Of a stretch of DNA of 32,000 nt, positions 11,727 to 21,308 are shown one piece after another. The position numbers and the translations under genes were made by a program. Below the pieces are notes generated by a model, which was given only the letters and a program-made list of their open reading frames with translations, had not been told where the DNA came from and ran no database searches. The stretch is from assembly GCF_001598795.1 (NCBI RefSeq), contig NZ_BCZP01000023.1:57186-89185 (forward strand). The letters are read 5' to 3'. How positions within the stretch are numbered: position 1 is the stretch's first letter; each line of letters opens with the position of its first letter. The stretch is from Delftia acidovorans NBRC 14950 (GTDB lineage Bacteria > Pseudomonadota > Gammaproteobacteria > Burkholderiales > Burkholderiaceae_C).

Positions 11727-13064
11727 TCAGTCACGCGTCTCGATGGCGCGGTTGATGCCCAGCGCCGCCAGCGTGCACAGCGCACCCGACAGCAGATAGA
11801 TCCCCAGCGCCACCAGTCCGAAGCGCGAGGACACGCCCAGGGCCACCAGCGGAGCGAATGCCGCGCCCACCAGCCAGGCCATGTCCGAGGACAACGCGGC
11901 ACCCGTGTAGCGATAGCGTGAGGGGAAGTTGGACGTCACCGTGCCGGCCGCCTGGCCATAGGACAGGCCCAGCAGGATGAAGCCGACGATGATGAACACG
12001 TTGTTCCCCATCGTTCCGCTGCCCAGCAGCCAGGGCGCCAGGAAGCTGAAGATGCCGATCAGGCAGGCCATGGTGCCCAGCGTGTTGCGTCGCCCCACGC
12101 GGTCGGCCAGCCAGCCCGAGACCATGATGGCGGCAGCCGCACAGAAGGCGCCCACGATCTGCACCCCGAGCACATGGGTCACCGACTGGTCCGAGTACAG
12201 CGAGATCCAGGACAGCGGGAAGATGGTCACCAGGTGGAACAGCGCAAAGCTGGCCAGGGCGGCAAACGCACCGATCACCACGTTGCGACCCTCGTCGCGC
12301 ATCAGCGGCAGCACGCCCATGGGCTCCAGCTCACGCTGCTGCAGCAGTTCGGTGTAGGACTGCCCCACGACCAGGCGCAGCCGGGCAAACAGTGCCACGA
12401 CGTTGATGGCAAAGGCCACGCAGAAGGGATAGCGCCAGCCCCAGCTGAGGAACTCGTCGGCTCCCACATGGGCGTAGATGAAGGCAAACAGCCCTGCCGC
12501 GAGCACGAAGCCCAGCGGCGCGCCCAACTGGCCCATCATCGAATACCAGCCCCGCCGGTTCTTGGGCGCCGACATGGCCAGCAGCGACGGCAGGCCGTCC
12601 CACGAGCCGCCCAGCGCAATGCCCTGGCCTATGCGCAGCAGCGCCAGCACGATGATGGCGTTCACCCCCGCCTGCTGGTAGCTGGGCAGGAAGGCCATGC
12701 CCACGGTGCACACGCCCAGCAGAAACAGCGCCAGCGTCAGCTTGGTCGCCCGCCCCCAGCGCCGCTGCACGGCCATGGACAGCGCCGTGCCCAGCGGCCG
12801 GGCCACGAAGGCCAGCGAGAAGATGGCGAACGACATCAGCGTGCCGTCGAGCTTGGAAAGGTAGGGAAACAGCAGTGCCGGGAAGACCAGCACGCAGGCG
12901 ATGCCGAACACGAAGAAGTCGAAGTACTCCGAGGATCGCCCGATGATCACGCCGACGGCGATTTCGTTGGGCGTGACATCTTCGTGGGTGTCGGCGCGGG
13001 ACAGAGATTCTTTGCTCTCATAGCTTCCGCCGGGGAAGCTTGCAGTTGTGTCGAGGCCGCTCAT
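11727..13064 (-). CDS. MFS transporter (metabolite:H+ symporter-like)
   Basis: 445 aa from the ATG at 13064, preceded by AAGGAG. Multiple TM segments. The N-terminus GRSSEYFDFFVFGIACVLVFPALLFP is typical of the MHS subfamily. The track start at 13277 adds a non-protein-like leader. Confidence 0.85.
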   Translation of the reverse strand: MSGLDTTASFPGGSYESKESLSRADTHEDVTPNEIAVGVIIGRSSEYFDFFVFGIACVLVFPALLFPYLSKLDGTLMSFAIFSLAFVARPLGTALSMAVQRRWGRATKLTLALFLLGVCTVGMAFLPSYQQAGVNAIIVLALLRIGQGIALGGSWDGLPSLLAMSAPKNRRGWYSMMGQLGAPLGFVLAAGLFAFIYAHVGADEFLSWGWRYPFCVAFAINVVALFARLRLVVGQSYTELLQQRELEPMGVLPLMRDEGRNVVIGAFAALASFALFHLVTIFPLSWISLYSDQSVTHVLGVQIVGAFCAAAAIMVSGWLADRVGRRNTLGTMACLIGIFSFLAPWLLGSGTMGNNVFIIVGFILLGLSYGQAAGTVTSNFPSRYRYTGAALSSDMAWLVGAAFAPLVALGVSSRFGLVALGIYLLSGALCTLAALGINRAIETRD

Positions 13065-13260
13065 AGATGGATGCTCCTTGTCTCGTCTCACTGACAGCTC
13101 TGTTCTACGCCCTCGCTTGATCTGGCGCAAGGCGGTTTCCACCTCGACCGGCCTCGGTGTTTGTCCTGCTGCGCGCGACGCGAAAATGCTGCCTCCGGAC
13201 CGCCAGGCACCTGCCGTGCAACCGCCCAGGTAGCAGAAAGTTCCCGGGTTCTCCTTGACG

Positions 13261-13285
13261 TTGGACAAAATGTCCAATGGACAAA
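13261..13285. promoter_or_regulatory. Candidate operator: palindrome TTGGACA-AAA-TGTCCAA followed by a third half-site TGGACAAA
   Basis: Read directly in the AT-richer divergent region between the MFS gene and cyoA. A second palindrome, CGCGTTT-N6-AAACGCG, lies at 13324-13343, just upstream of the cyoA ATG. Confidence 0.3.
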
Positions 13286-13362
13286 TTTATACTTCGTAAT
13301 ACATTTGCCCGGATCTTGTAATCCGCGTTTCTATGTAAACGCGCTCTTGTTGCGCCCCTAGC

Positions 13363-14409
13363 ATGCTAAAAATCAAGGAACTCCGTGGGCCTGCGTGGCT
13401 CACCGCGGCCGCTTTGACAGCCAGTCTCACTGGCTGCAGCAAAGCCGTCGTGCTCAACCCCGCCGGCGACATCGCCGCGCAGCAGGGCAACCTGGTGGTC
13501 ACGGCCACCTTGCTGATGCTGATCATCATCATCCCGGTGATCATCCTCACGCTGCTTTTCGCCTGGAAATACCGCCAGTCGAACACCGAGGCCCACTACG
13601 ACCCCGAATGGCACCACTCCACCACGCTGGAGCTGGTGATCTGGTCCGTGCCGCTGATGATCATCATCGCGCTGGGCGCCATCACCTGGATCAGCACCCA
13701 CAAGCTGGACCCCTACCGTCCGCTGGACCGCGTCTCGGCCACCAAGCCGCTGAGCACCGATGTCAAGCCGCTGGAGGTGCAGGTCGTGGCCATGGACTGG
13801 AAGTGGCTGTTCTTCATCCCTGAAAAAGGCATCGCCACCGTCAACGAGCTGGCCGCTCCCGTGGATCGTCCCATCCACTTCAAGCTGACCGCCACCTCGA
13901 CGATGAACTCCTTCTACGTGCCTGACCTGGCCGGCATGATCTATGCCATGCCCGGCATGCAGACCGAGCTGAACGCCGTGATCAACAAGCCCGGCGTGTT
14001 CCACGGCCTGGCATCGCACTACAGCGGCGCCGGCTTCTCGGGCATGACGTTCAAGTTCCATGGGCTGAGCAACGAAGAGTTCGATCAGTGGGTTGCCAAG
14101 GCCAAGTCCGAAGGCAAGGCCCTGACGCGCGATACCTACCTGAACCTGGTCAAGCCCAGCGAGCGCAACCCGGTCGAGCGCTTCGCCACGGTGGACGAAG
14201 GCCTGTACGACAAGGTGCTCAACCGCTGTGTCGAAGAAGGCAAGATGTGCATGCATCACATGATGGCCATCGACGCTGCCGGTGGCGAAGCCTATCTCAA
14301 GGCCGTGGGCATGAACCTGCCCCAGGATGTGTGCACGGTGCAAAACGCCGACCGCGTCGTGGCCTTCCTGGACCAGCGCGACGGCTCCGCAGCCGCTGCG
14401 CAGCAATAA
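13363..14409 (+). CDS. cyoA: Cytochrome o (bo3) ubiquinol oxidase subunit II
   Basis: 348 aa. Lipoprotein signal with lipobox LTGC, followed by NPAGDIAAQQ ... LLFAWKYRQSN, typical of CyoA. First gene of a cyoABCD-order operon. Confidence 0.92.
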   Translation: MLKIKELRGPAWLTAAALTASLTGCSKAVVLNPAGDIAAQQGNLVVTATLLMLIIIIPVIILTLLFAWKYRQSNTEAHYDPEWHHSTTLELVIWSVPLMIIIALGAITWISTHKLDPYRPLDRVSATKPLSTDVKPLEVQVVAMDWKWLFFIPEKGIATVNELAAPVDRPIHFKLTATSTMNSFYVPDLAGMIYAMPGMQTELNAVINKPGVFHGLASHYSGAGFSGMTFKFHGLSNEEFDQWVAKAKSEGKALTRDTYLNLVKPSERNPVERFATVDEGLYDKVLNRCVEEGKMCMHHMMAIDAAGGEAYLKAVGMNLPQDVCTVQNADRVVAFLDQRDGSAAAAQQ

Positions 14410-14475
14410 GCAGTTAGCGGACGCGGACGACGGCCAGACCGCCGCCCGCTCCCATCACGACCTAAGAGACTCGAT

Positions 14476-16482
14476 ATGTCTGAACATACCTCCCCGGCAC
14501 AGGCCCACTGGCTGCTGGGACGCATCACTTGGGACTCCATCCCGATGGCGCATGAGCCCATCGTGCTGGCGACCTTCATCGCCGTGGTGCTCGGCGGCCT
14601 TGCCGTGCTGGGCCTGCTCACCAAGTTCCGCCTGTGGGGCCCGCTGTGGCGCGACTGGCTGTGCAGCATCGACCACAAGAAGATCGGCATCATGTACATG
14701 ATCCTCGGTCTGGTCATGCTGCTGCGCGGCTTTGCCGACGCGCTGATGATGCGCCTGCAGCAGGCCATGGCCTTCGGCGACAACCTGGGCTACCTGCCTC
14801 CGCACCACTACGACCAGATCTTCACGGCCCACGGCGTGATCATGATCTTCTTCGTGGCCATGCCCTTCGTGACCGGCCTGATGAACTATCTGGTGCCGCT
14901 GCAGATCGGCGCCCGCGACGTGTCCTTCCCGTTCCTGAACAACTTCAGCTTCTGGATGACCACGGGCGGCGCCGTGCTGGTGATGATCTCGCTGTTCCTG
15001 GGCGAGTTCTCCACCTCCGGCTGGCTGGCACTGTCCAACCTGGGGGCGCAGAACCCCGGGGTCGGGCTTGACTACTACATCTGGGGATTGCAGGTGGCCG
15101 GTGTCGGCACCACGCTGTCAGGCATCAACCTGATCGTGACCATCATCAAGATGCGCGCACCCGGCATGAACCTGATGAAGATGCCCGTCTTCACCTGGAC
15201 CGCCCTGTGCACCAACGCGCTGATCGTGGCCTCGTTCCCCATCCTGACCGCAGCCCTGGTGCTGATGTCGCTGGACCGCTACGTCGGCACGAACTTCTTC
15301 ACGAACGAGCTGGGCGGCAACCCCATGCTGTACGTGAACCTGATCTGGATCTGGGGCCACCCCGAGGTCTACATCCTGATCCTGCCCTGCTTCGGTATCT
15401 TCTCGGAGATCGTCTCCACCTTCAGCCGCAAGCGCCTGTTCGGCTACACCTCCATGGTGTACGCGACGGTGTGTATCACCATCCTGTCCTACCTGGTCTG
15501 GCTGCACCACTTCTTCACCATGGGCTCCGGCGCCAGCGTGAACACCTTCTTCGGCATCACGACGATGATCATCTCGATCCCGACGGGCGCCAAGATCTTC
15601 AACTGGCTGTTCACCATGTACCGCGGCCGCATCCGCTTCACGGTGCCGATGCTGTGGACCGTGGGCTTCATGTGCACCTTCGCCATCGGCGGCATGACCG
15701 GCGTGCTGCTGGCCGTTCCCCCGGCCGACTTCGTGCTGCACAACAGCCTGTTCCTGATCGCCCACTTCCACAACGTGATCATCGGCGGCGTGGTGTTCGG
15801 CGTGTTCGCCGGCATCAACTTCTGGTTCCCCAAGGCCTTCGGCTACAAGCTCGACGAGTTCTGGGGCAAGTGCTCGTTCTGGTTCTGGCTGGTCGGCTTC
15901 TGGGTCGCCTTCACTCCGCTGTACGTGCTGGGCCTGATGGGCGTGACACGCCGTGCCAACCACTTCGAGGACCCCTCGCTGCAGATCTGGTTCGTGATCG
16001 CCGCCCTGGGCGCCGGTCTGGTGGCACTGGGCATCGGCAGCTTCCTGATCCAGCTGGTGGTCAGCTACTTCAAGCGCGACCAGCTGCGTGACGTGACCGG
16101 CGACCCATGGGAAGGCCGCACGCTGGAGTGGGCCACCTCCTCGCCCCCTCCCCAGTACAACTTCGCCTTCACGCCCGTGGTGCATGAGATCGATGCCTGG
16201 TGGGACATGAAGAAGCACGGCTACCAGCGTCCGCTGACTGGCTTCAAGCCCGTCCACATGCCGTCCAACACCGGCGCCGGCGTCGTGATCGCAGCGCTGT
16301 CCACGGTCTTCGGCTTCGCGATGATCTGGCACATGTGGCCCCTGGCCATTGCGTCGTTCGCCGCCACCGTGCTGGCGTCGATCATCCACACGTTCAACTA
16401 CAAGCGCGACTACTACATCCCCGCCGCAGAAGTCGCGGCCACGGAAGAACTGCGCACACAACAGCTGGCACGTCATGTCTGA
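14476..16482 (+). CDS. cyoB: Cytochrome o ubiquinol oxidase subunit I
   Basis: 668 aa heme-copper oxidase subunit I: [44 protein letters not shown]. Confidence 0.97.
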   Translation: MSEHTSPAQAHWLLGRITWDSIPMAHEPIVLATFIAVVLGGLAVLGLLTKFRLWGPLWRDWLCSIDHKKIGIMYMILGLVMLLRGFADALMMRLQQAMAFGDNLGYLPPHHYDQIFTAHGVIMIFFVAMPFVTGLMNYLVPLQIGARDVSFPFLNNFSFWMTTGGAVLVMISLFLGEFSTSGWLALSNLGAQNPGVGLDYYIWGLQVAGVGTTLSGINLIVTIIKMRAPGMNLMKMPVFTWTALCTNALIVASFPILTAALVLMSLDRYVGTNFFTNELGGNPMLYVNLIWIWGHPEVYILILPCFGIFSEIVSTFSRKRLFGYTSMVYATVCITILSYLVWLHHFFTMGSGASVNTFFGITTMIISIPTGAKIFNWLFTMYRGRIRFTVPMLWTVGFMCTFAIGGMTGVLLAVPPADFVLHNSLFLIAHFHNVIIGGVVFGVFAGINFWFPKAFGYKLDEFWGKCSFWFWLVGFWVAFTPLYVLGLMGVTRRANHFEDPSLQIWFVIAALGAGLVALGIGSFLIQLVVSYFKRDQLRDVTGDPWEGRTLEWATSSPPPQYNFAFTPVVHEIDAWWDMKKHGYQRPLTGFKPVHMPSNTGAGVVIAALSTVFGFAMIWHMWPLAIASFAATVLASIIHTFNYKRDYYIPAAEVAATEELRTQQLARHV

Positions 16483-17107
16483 TACCCGTTACACCGCAGG
16501 CGGCGCTGCCGCCCTGGCCCCGCGCGAGTACCACCTCGCCGAGGAGCCCCATCCCGAAAACGGCACCGCTCTGGGCTTCTGGCTCTACCTGATGAGCGAC
16601 TGCCTGATCTTTGCAGCGCTGTTCGCCACCTATGGCGTGCTGGGCCGCAACTACGCTGCAGGCCCCACGGGCGCCCAGCTGTTCGACCTGCCCCTGGTGG
16701 CGATGAACACGGCCTTCCTGCTGCTGTCGTCCATCACCTTCGGCTTCGCCATGCTGCAAAAGCAGCAGGGCAAGCTGGGCGGCACCCAGCTGTGGCTGGC
16801 CATTACCGGCCTGTTCGGCCTGTGCTTCCTGGGCCTGGAACTCTATGAGTTCTCCCACCTGCTGCACGAGGGCGCAGGCCCTCAGCGCAGCGCCTTCCTG
16901 TCCTCGTTCTTCACCCTGGTGGGCACCCACGGCCTGCACGTGAGCTTCGGCCTGATCTGGCTGGTCACGCTGATGATCCAGATCAACAAGCACGGCCTGA
17001 CGCACGAGAACAACCGCCGCCTGATGTGCCTGTCGATGTTCTGGCACTTCTTGGACGTGGTCTGGATCGGCGTCTTCACTTTTGTTTACCTGATGGGGGT
17101 GCTGTAA
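16475..17107 (+). CDS. cyoC: Cytochrome o ubiquinol oxidase subunit III
   Basis: ATG at 16475 overlaps the cyoB stop (ATGTCTGA). [20 protein letters not shown] ... [10 protein letters not shown] is typical of subunit III. Confidence 0.93.
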   Translation: MSDTRYTAGGAAALAPREYHLAEEPHPENGTALGFWLYLMSDCLIFAALFATYGVLGRNYAAGPTGAQLFDLPLVAMNTAFLLLSSITFGFAMLQKQQGKLGGTQLWLAITGLFGLCFLGLELYEFSHLLHEGAGPQRSAFLSSFFTLVGTHGLHVSFGLIWLVTLMIQINKHGLTHENNRRLMCLSMFWHFLDVVWIGVFTFVYLMGVL

Positions 17108-17548
17108 ATGGCTGCACACGACATCCACGCCGGCCATGGCCACGGTCACCACGACCAGCACGGCCATGACGATCACCACCACGACGCAGGCCCGCACAGC
17201 ACGTTCTCGGGCTATATGTGGGGCTTCGTGCTCTCGATCATCCTGACGGCCATCCCGTTCTGGCTGGTGATGAGCAATGTCATCTCGGACCGTGCAACGG
17301 CCGTGATGGTGCTCGGCGGCTTCGCCGTGGTGCAGATCGTGGTCCACATGGTCTTCTTCCTGCACATGAACGGCAAGATCGAAGGCGGCTGGACCCTGCT
17401 GTCCACCATCTTCACCGTGGTCTTCGTGGCCATCGGCATTGCGGGCACCCTGTGGGTCATGTTCCACATGAACACCAACATGATGCCCCAGCACACCATG
17501 CCGGCCGACCCTGCCGCGCAGACGGCTCCGGCCTCGGTCACACCTTGA
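17108..17548 (+). CDS. cyoD: Cytochrome o ubiquinol oxidase subunit IV, with a His-rich N-terminal extension
   Basis: Starts 1 nt after the cyoC stop. Three-TM core GYMWGFVLSIILTAIPFWLV ... VVQIVVHMVFFLHM. The N-terminus is MAAHDIHAGHGHGHHDQHGHDDHHHDAGPH. Confidence 0.85.
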   Translation: MAAHDIHAGHGHGHHDQHGHDDHHHDAGPHSTFSGYMWGFVLSIILTAIPFWLVMSNVISDRATAVMVLGGFAVVQIVVHMVFFLHMNGKIEGGWTLLSTIFTVVFVAIGIAGTLWVMFHMNTNMMPQHTMPADPAAQTAPASVTP

Positions 17549-17577
17549 CCGCATCCGGAAACTCCGGGCCCTCCAGC

Positions 17578-17602
17578 CACGCCGGCGCATCGCGCCGGCG
17601 TG
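17578..17602 (+). promoter_or_regulatory. Intercistronic GC-rich stem-loop between cyoD and surf1
   Basis: CACGCCGGCGC-atc-GCGCCGGCGTG: a perfect 11-bp stem with no T-run, 17 nt upstream of the surf1 ATG. Confidence 0.5.
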
Positions 17603-17619
17603 GCCCACTCGCTCAGGCG

Positions 17620-18333
17620 ATGCTCATCTCGGTGGGCATCGCCTTGTTTTTGGGCTTCATCTTCCTGGGCAGCTGGCAGGTCCAGCGCCGTGCCTGGAAG
17701 CTGGACTTGATAGAGCGCGTGGACCAGCGCGTGCACGCCGCACCCGCTGCCCTGCCCCCGCCCGCCGAATGGCCGCAGATCACGGCCGCCGACCACGAGT
17801 ACCGCGCCGTGCAGGCCAGCGGCCACTGGCTGGCCGGCAAGACCGTGCTGACCCAGGCCGTGACCGAATTGGGCGCCGGCTTCTGGGTGCTGACGCCGCT
17901 GCAGATGGACGACGGCAACCAGGTGCTGGTGAACCGGGGCTTCATTCCCACAGCGCAGCGCGCGCGCTGGCAGGATCAGCCCGCACAGGCCCCCCAGGAC
18001 CAGGTGACGGTGGCCGGCCTGCTGCGCATCAGCGAGCCGCGCGGCGGCTTCCTGCGCGAGAACGATCCCGCGCAGCAGCGCTGGTTCTCGCGCGATGTGG
18101 CGGCCATTGCACAGGCCCAGGGCCTGGACCATGCAGCCCCCTACTTCATCGACGCAGGCCTGCCGGGCCAGCCCGTGGCAGACGGCACCTGGCCGCGCCC
18201 GGGCATGACCGTGATCCGCTTCCCCAACAGCCACCTGGTCTATGCGCTGACCTGGTACGGGCTGGCGCTGATGGTGGTCGGCGCGGCCTGGCTGGTCAGG
18301 CGCAATGACCGGCAGGCAAGCAGCAAGCCGTAA
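17620..18333 (+). CDS. SURF1-family cytochrome oxidase biogenesis protein
   Basis: ATG at 17620 (MLISVGIALFLGFIFLGSWQVQRRAWK...). C-terminal NSHLVYALTWYGLAL. Both motifs are typical of SURF1/Shy1. Confidence 0.85.
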   Translation: MLISVGIALFLGFIFLGSWQVQRRAWKLDLIERVDQRVHAAPAALPPPAEWPQITAADHEYRAVQASGHWLAGKTVLTQAVTELGAGFWVLTPLQMDDGNQVLVNRGFIPTAQRARWQDQPAQAPQDQVTVAGLLRISEPRGGFLRENDPAQQRWFSRDVAAIAQAQGLDHAAPYFIDAGLPGQPVADGTWPRPGMTVIRFPNSHLVYALTWYGLALMVVGAAWLVRRNDRQASSKP

Positions 18334-18370
18334 AGCCGTAAGGCCGTAAAGCCGTCGCTGCAGGCAACAG

Positions 18371-18399
18371 GGCCACCGATGACATCGGTGGCCTTTTTT
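18371..18399 (+). terminator. Intrinsic terminator of the cyo-surf1 operon
   Basis: GGCCACCGATGaCATCGGTGGCC followed by TTTTTT. Confidence 0.75.
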
Positions 18400-18462
18400 A
18401 CGCCAGTCCTCTACAAGACCCTGCCGCGCCACGGCTGCCTGCGGTAGCGCACAATCGCCCGC

Positions 18463-19764
18463 GTGAATTCGCCTTCAGAGTCCCTGTTCCGCGTCGAGCG
18501 CACCACCGAACGCCAGAACATGCAGCTGCTGATACAGCTGCGCTGGTTTGCCGTGGTCGGGCAGGTGATCACCATCTCCCTGGTGCACTACGGCTTCGGC
18601 ATCACCCTGCCGCTGCCGGCCATGGCCCTGGTGCTGCTGGCCAGCGTCTTCACCAATCTTGGCTACATCTACTGGTACCGCAGCCACCGCCGCCAGATCT
18701 CGGCGCGCAACCTGTTCCTGGCCCTGCTGGCCGACGTGCTCGCCCTGGCCATACAGCTGTATTTGAGCGGCGGCGCCAGCAATCCCTTCATCTATCTGTT
18801 CCTGCTGCAGGGCATTCTGGGCGCCGTGCTGCTCAGGCCCGTGCACGCCTGGATCATCGTTGCCAGCACCTCGCTGTGCACCCTGGTGCTGGCCATCGTG
18901 CACTGGCCCCTGCCCATTGGCGCGGCGGGACCGGACGGGCTGCCCGGCCTGTATGTGAGCGGCATTCTGATCAGCTTCGGGCTGACCACGGTGCTGCTGG
19001 CGGTCTTCCTGCGCCGCATCGTCTCCAACCTGCGCCGGCGTGACGCACGGCTGGCCAACATGCGCCAGCGTGCCAGCGAAGAGGAGCACATCGTGCGCAT
19101 GGGCCTGCTGGCCACGGGCGCGGCGCACGAGCTGGGCACGCCGCTGTCCACCATGTCCGTCATCCTGGGCGACTGGCAGCGCATGCCCGCCATCACGCAA
19201 GACCCCGACCTGCTGGCAGACCTGCAGGAAATGCAGCAGCAGCTGCTGCGCTGCAAGTCCATCGTCTCCAGCGTGCTCATGTCGGCCGGCGAGACCCGCG
19301 CCGATGCGCCACAGGCCACCACGCTGCGCGCCTTCATGGACGGCGTGGTCGCGCACTGGCAGTCACGCCACGCCGTGGAGCATTTCGACTATGTCCAGGC
19401 CGACGAGGACTTCCCCATCCTTTCCGATACCGCGTTGCAGCAAATGGTTTGCAATGTGCTCGACAATGCGGCCGAAGCCTCCCCCCGCCATGTGGCGCTG
19501 CACCTGGCCGTGCGCACCGGCATGCTGTGCATCACCGTGCGCGACAAGGGACCGGGCTTTGCACCCGCCGTGCTGGAACAGCTGGGCCAGCGCCATATCT
19601 CCACCAAGACGGAGCGCCCGGGCCGGGGGCTGGGCCTGTTCCTGGTGCTCAACGTGGCGCGCTCGCTGGGCGGACGCGTTCAGGTGAGGAACACCCCGCC
19701 GCGGGGCAGTGAGGTGGAGATCCGCCTGCCCCTGTCATCGATTGCCATTGAACCCGGCGCCTGA
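18463..19764 (+). CDS. regB: Redox-sensing histidine kinase, RegB/PrrB/ActS family
   Basis: 433 aa with multiple N-terminal TMs. Contains the RegB-family quinone-site heptapeptide GGxxNPF (GGASNPF), the H-box AAHELGTPLSTM and a Cys in LLRCKSIV downstream of it. GTG start. Confidence 0.85.
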   Translation: MNSPSESLFRVERTTERQNMQLLIQLRWFAVVGQVITISLVHYGFGITLPLPAMALVLLASVFTNLGYIYWYRSHRRQISARNLFLALLADVLALAIQLYLSGGASNPFIYLFLLQGILGAVLLRPVHAWIIVASTSLCTLVLAIVHWPLPIGAAGPDGLPGLYVSGILISFGLTTVLLAVFLRRIVSNLRRRDARLANMRQRASEEEHIVRMGLLATGAAHELGTPLSTMSVILGDWQRMPAITQDPDLLADLQEMQQQLLRCKSIVSSVLMSAGETRADAPQATTLRAFMDGVVAHWQSRHAVEHFDYVQADEDFPILSDTALQQMVCNVLDNAAEASPRHVALHLAVRTGMLCITVRDKGPGFAPAVLEQLGQRHISTKTERPGRGLGLFLVLNVARSLGGRVQVRNTPPRGSEVEIRLPLSSIAIEPGA

Positions 19765-19793
19765 AGCGGCGCCCACAGGAACCCGAATCGCCC

Positions 19794-20330
19794 ATGGACA
19801 GCTCCCGCCTCCTGCTGCTGGTTGAAGACGATGCGACCTTTGCGCGCACGCTGACGCGCTCGTTCGAGCGGCGCGGCTACCGCGTGCTGCAGGCCGCCAG
19901 CGCCGAGGAAGTGCGCGAGCTGCTGCAGACGCACTCGCCGCAATACGCCGTCATGGACCTCAAGCTGGCGGGCAACGCGTCGGGCCTGAGCTGCGTCCAG
20001 ATGCTGCACCAGCACAGCCCCGAGGCGCTGATCGTCGTGCTCACAGGCTATGCCAGCATTGCTACGGCGGTGGAGGCGGTCAAGCTAGGCGCATGCCACT
20101 ATCTGGCCAAGCCCTCCAACACCGACGATATCGAGGCCGCCTTCGGCCGCCTCGAAGGCCGCACCGACGTGGAACTGTCGCGCAACCCCACCTCCATCAA
20201 GACGCTGGAGTGGGAACACATCCACGAAACCCTGGCCGAGAGCGATTTCAACATCTCCGAAGCCGCCCGCCGCCTGGGCATGCACCGGCGCACGTTGGCG
20301 CGCAAGCTGGAGAAGCGGCAGATCAAGTAA
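19794..20330 (+). CDS. regA: Response regulator RegA/PrrA/ActR family (REC + Fis-type HTH)
   Basis: LLLVEDDATFARTL ... AVMDLKL ... C-terminal NISEAARRLGMHRRTLARKLEKRQ, which is near-invariant in RegA homologues. Confidence 0.9.
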   Translation: MDSSRLLLLVEDDATFARTLTRSFERRGYRVLQAASAEEVRELLQTHSPQYAVMDLKLAGNASGLSCVQMLHQHSPEALIVVLTGYASIATAVEAVKLGACHYLAKPSNTDDIEAAFGRLEGRTDVELSRNPTSIKTLEWEHIHETLAESDFNISEAARRLGMHRRTLARKLEKRQIK

Positions 20331-20348
20331 GGCGGCAGGCACCAAGAC

Positions 20349-20375
20349 AAACCGGGCCTCAAGGGCCCGGTTTTT
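20349..20375. terminator. Intrinsic terminator between convergent regA and ctaB
   Basis: AAACCGGGCC-tcaag-GGCCCGGTTT followed by TT. Confidence 0.7.
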
Positions 20376-20402
20376 CATTGCGCGGCCATGGCCCTCAGGC
20401 CA

Positions 20403-21308
20403 TCAGCCCAGCCAGAGGTAGTGATCGATCAGCAGCGCCAGGAACAGCACGCTCAGGTGGATCAGCGAGAAGCGGAAGGTCTTGCGCGACAGCTGGTCCG
20501 AGTAATTGCGCCACAGTGCAAAGGCATAGGCACAGAAGCACACGCTCAGCACCACGGCCACCACCAGGTACAGCCAGGAGCTCATGCCGTACATGAAGGG
20601 CAGCATGCAGGCCGCAAACAGGATCACCGTGTACAGCAGGATCTGCAGCCGCGTGTACTCGCTGCCATGCGTCACGGGCAGCATGGGCAGGCCGGACTGG
20701 CGGTAGTCTTCCACGCGGTACAGCGCCAGCGCCCAGAAATGGGGCGGCGTCCACAGGAAGATGATGAGGAACAGGATCAGCGCCTCGGGACCGACCTGGC
20801 CCGTCATCGCGGCCCAGCCCAACACGGGCGGCATGGCACCGGAGGCGCCGCCGATCACGATGTTCTGCGGCGTGGCGGGCTTGAGGATCACCGTGTAGAT
20901 CACGGCATAGCCCACGAAGGTGGCCAGCGTCAGCCACATGGTCAGCGGGTTGGTGCACAGCAGCAGCACCAGCGCGCCCAGCGTGCACAGGATGGCCGAG
21001 AAGGCCAGCGCCTGCTGGCTGCTCAGCTCGCCCCGCGCCGTGGGCCGCCAGGAGGTGCGCTTCATGCGCGCATCGATATGGCGCTCCACCAGGCAGTTGA
21101 AGGCGGCAGCCGCGCCCGCCACCAGCCAGATGCCCAGGCAGGCCAGCGCCATGTGCAGCCACTGGTCGGCGTTGGGCCAGCCCGGCACGGCCAGCACCAT
21201 GCCGATCAGTGCGCAGAACACGATCAGCTGCACCACACGCGGCTTGGTCAGGGCATAGAACTGTGTCCAGCGCGAGGGCTCGACACTCAGGGAAGCTTGT
21301 TTACTCAT
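20403..21308 (-). CDS. ctaB: Protoheme IX farnesyltransferase (heme O synthase)
   Basis: 301 aa from the ATG at 21308 ([31 protein letters not shown]...). UbiA-family motifs are present, and the start overlaps the ctaA stop (ATGA). Confidence 0.93.
   Translation of the reverse strand: MSKQASLSVEPSRWTQFYALTKPRVVQLIVFCALIGMVLAVPGWPNADQWLHMALACLGIWLVAGAAAAFNCLVERHIDARMKRTSWRPTARGELSSQQALAFSAILCTLGALVLLLCTNPLTMWLTLATFVGYAVIYTVILKPATPQNIVIGGASGAMPPVLGWAAMTGQVGPEALILFLIIFLWTPPHFWALALYRVEDYRQSGLPMLPVTHGSEYTRLQILLYTVILFAACMLPFMYGMSSWLYLVVAVVLSVCFCAYAFALWRNYSDQLSRKTFRFSLIHLSVLFLALLIDHYLWLG

Noticed and set aside
13065-13260. GC-rich ~200-nt leader of the MFS gene, considered as a riboswitch (it contains CCCGGGAA and GGTCCGGAG, which recall cobalamin and guanidine-I elements)
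   Set aside because: The order and spacing of the elements do not match either consensus as I remember them. An MHS-type transporter is also not a known partner. A covariance-model scan would be needed before making any claim.
18326-18355. 8-bp tandem (A/G)GCCGTAA, about 3.75 copies, starting at the surf1 stop codon
   Set aside because: It is real and visible, and places TAA in all three frames. It is short, lies in a 3' UTR just before the terminator, and has no obvious function beyond slippage.
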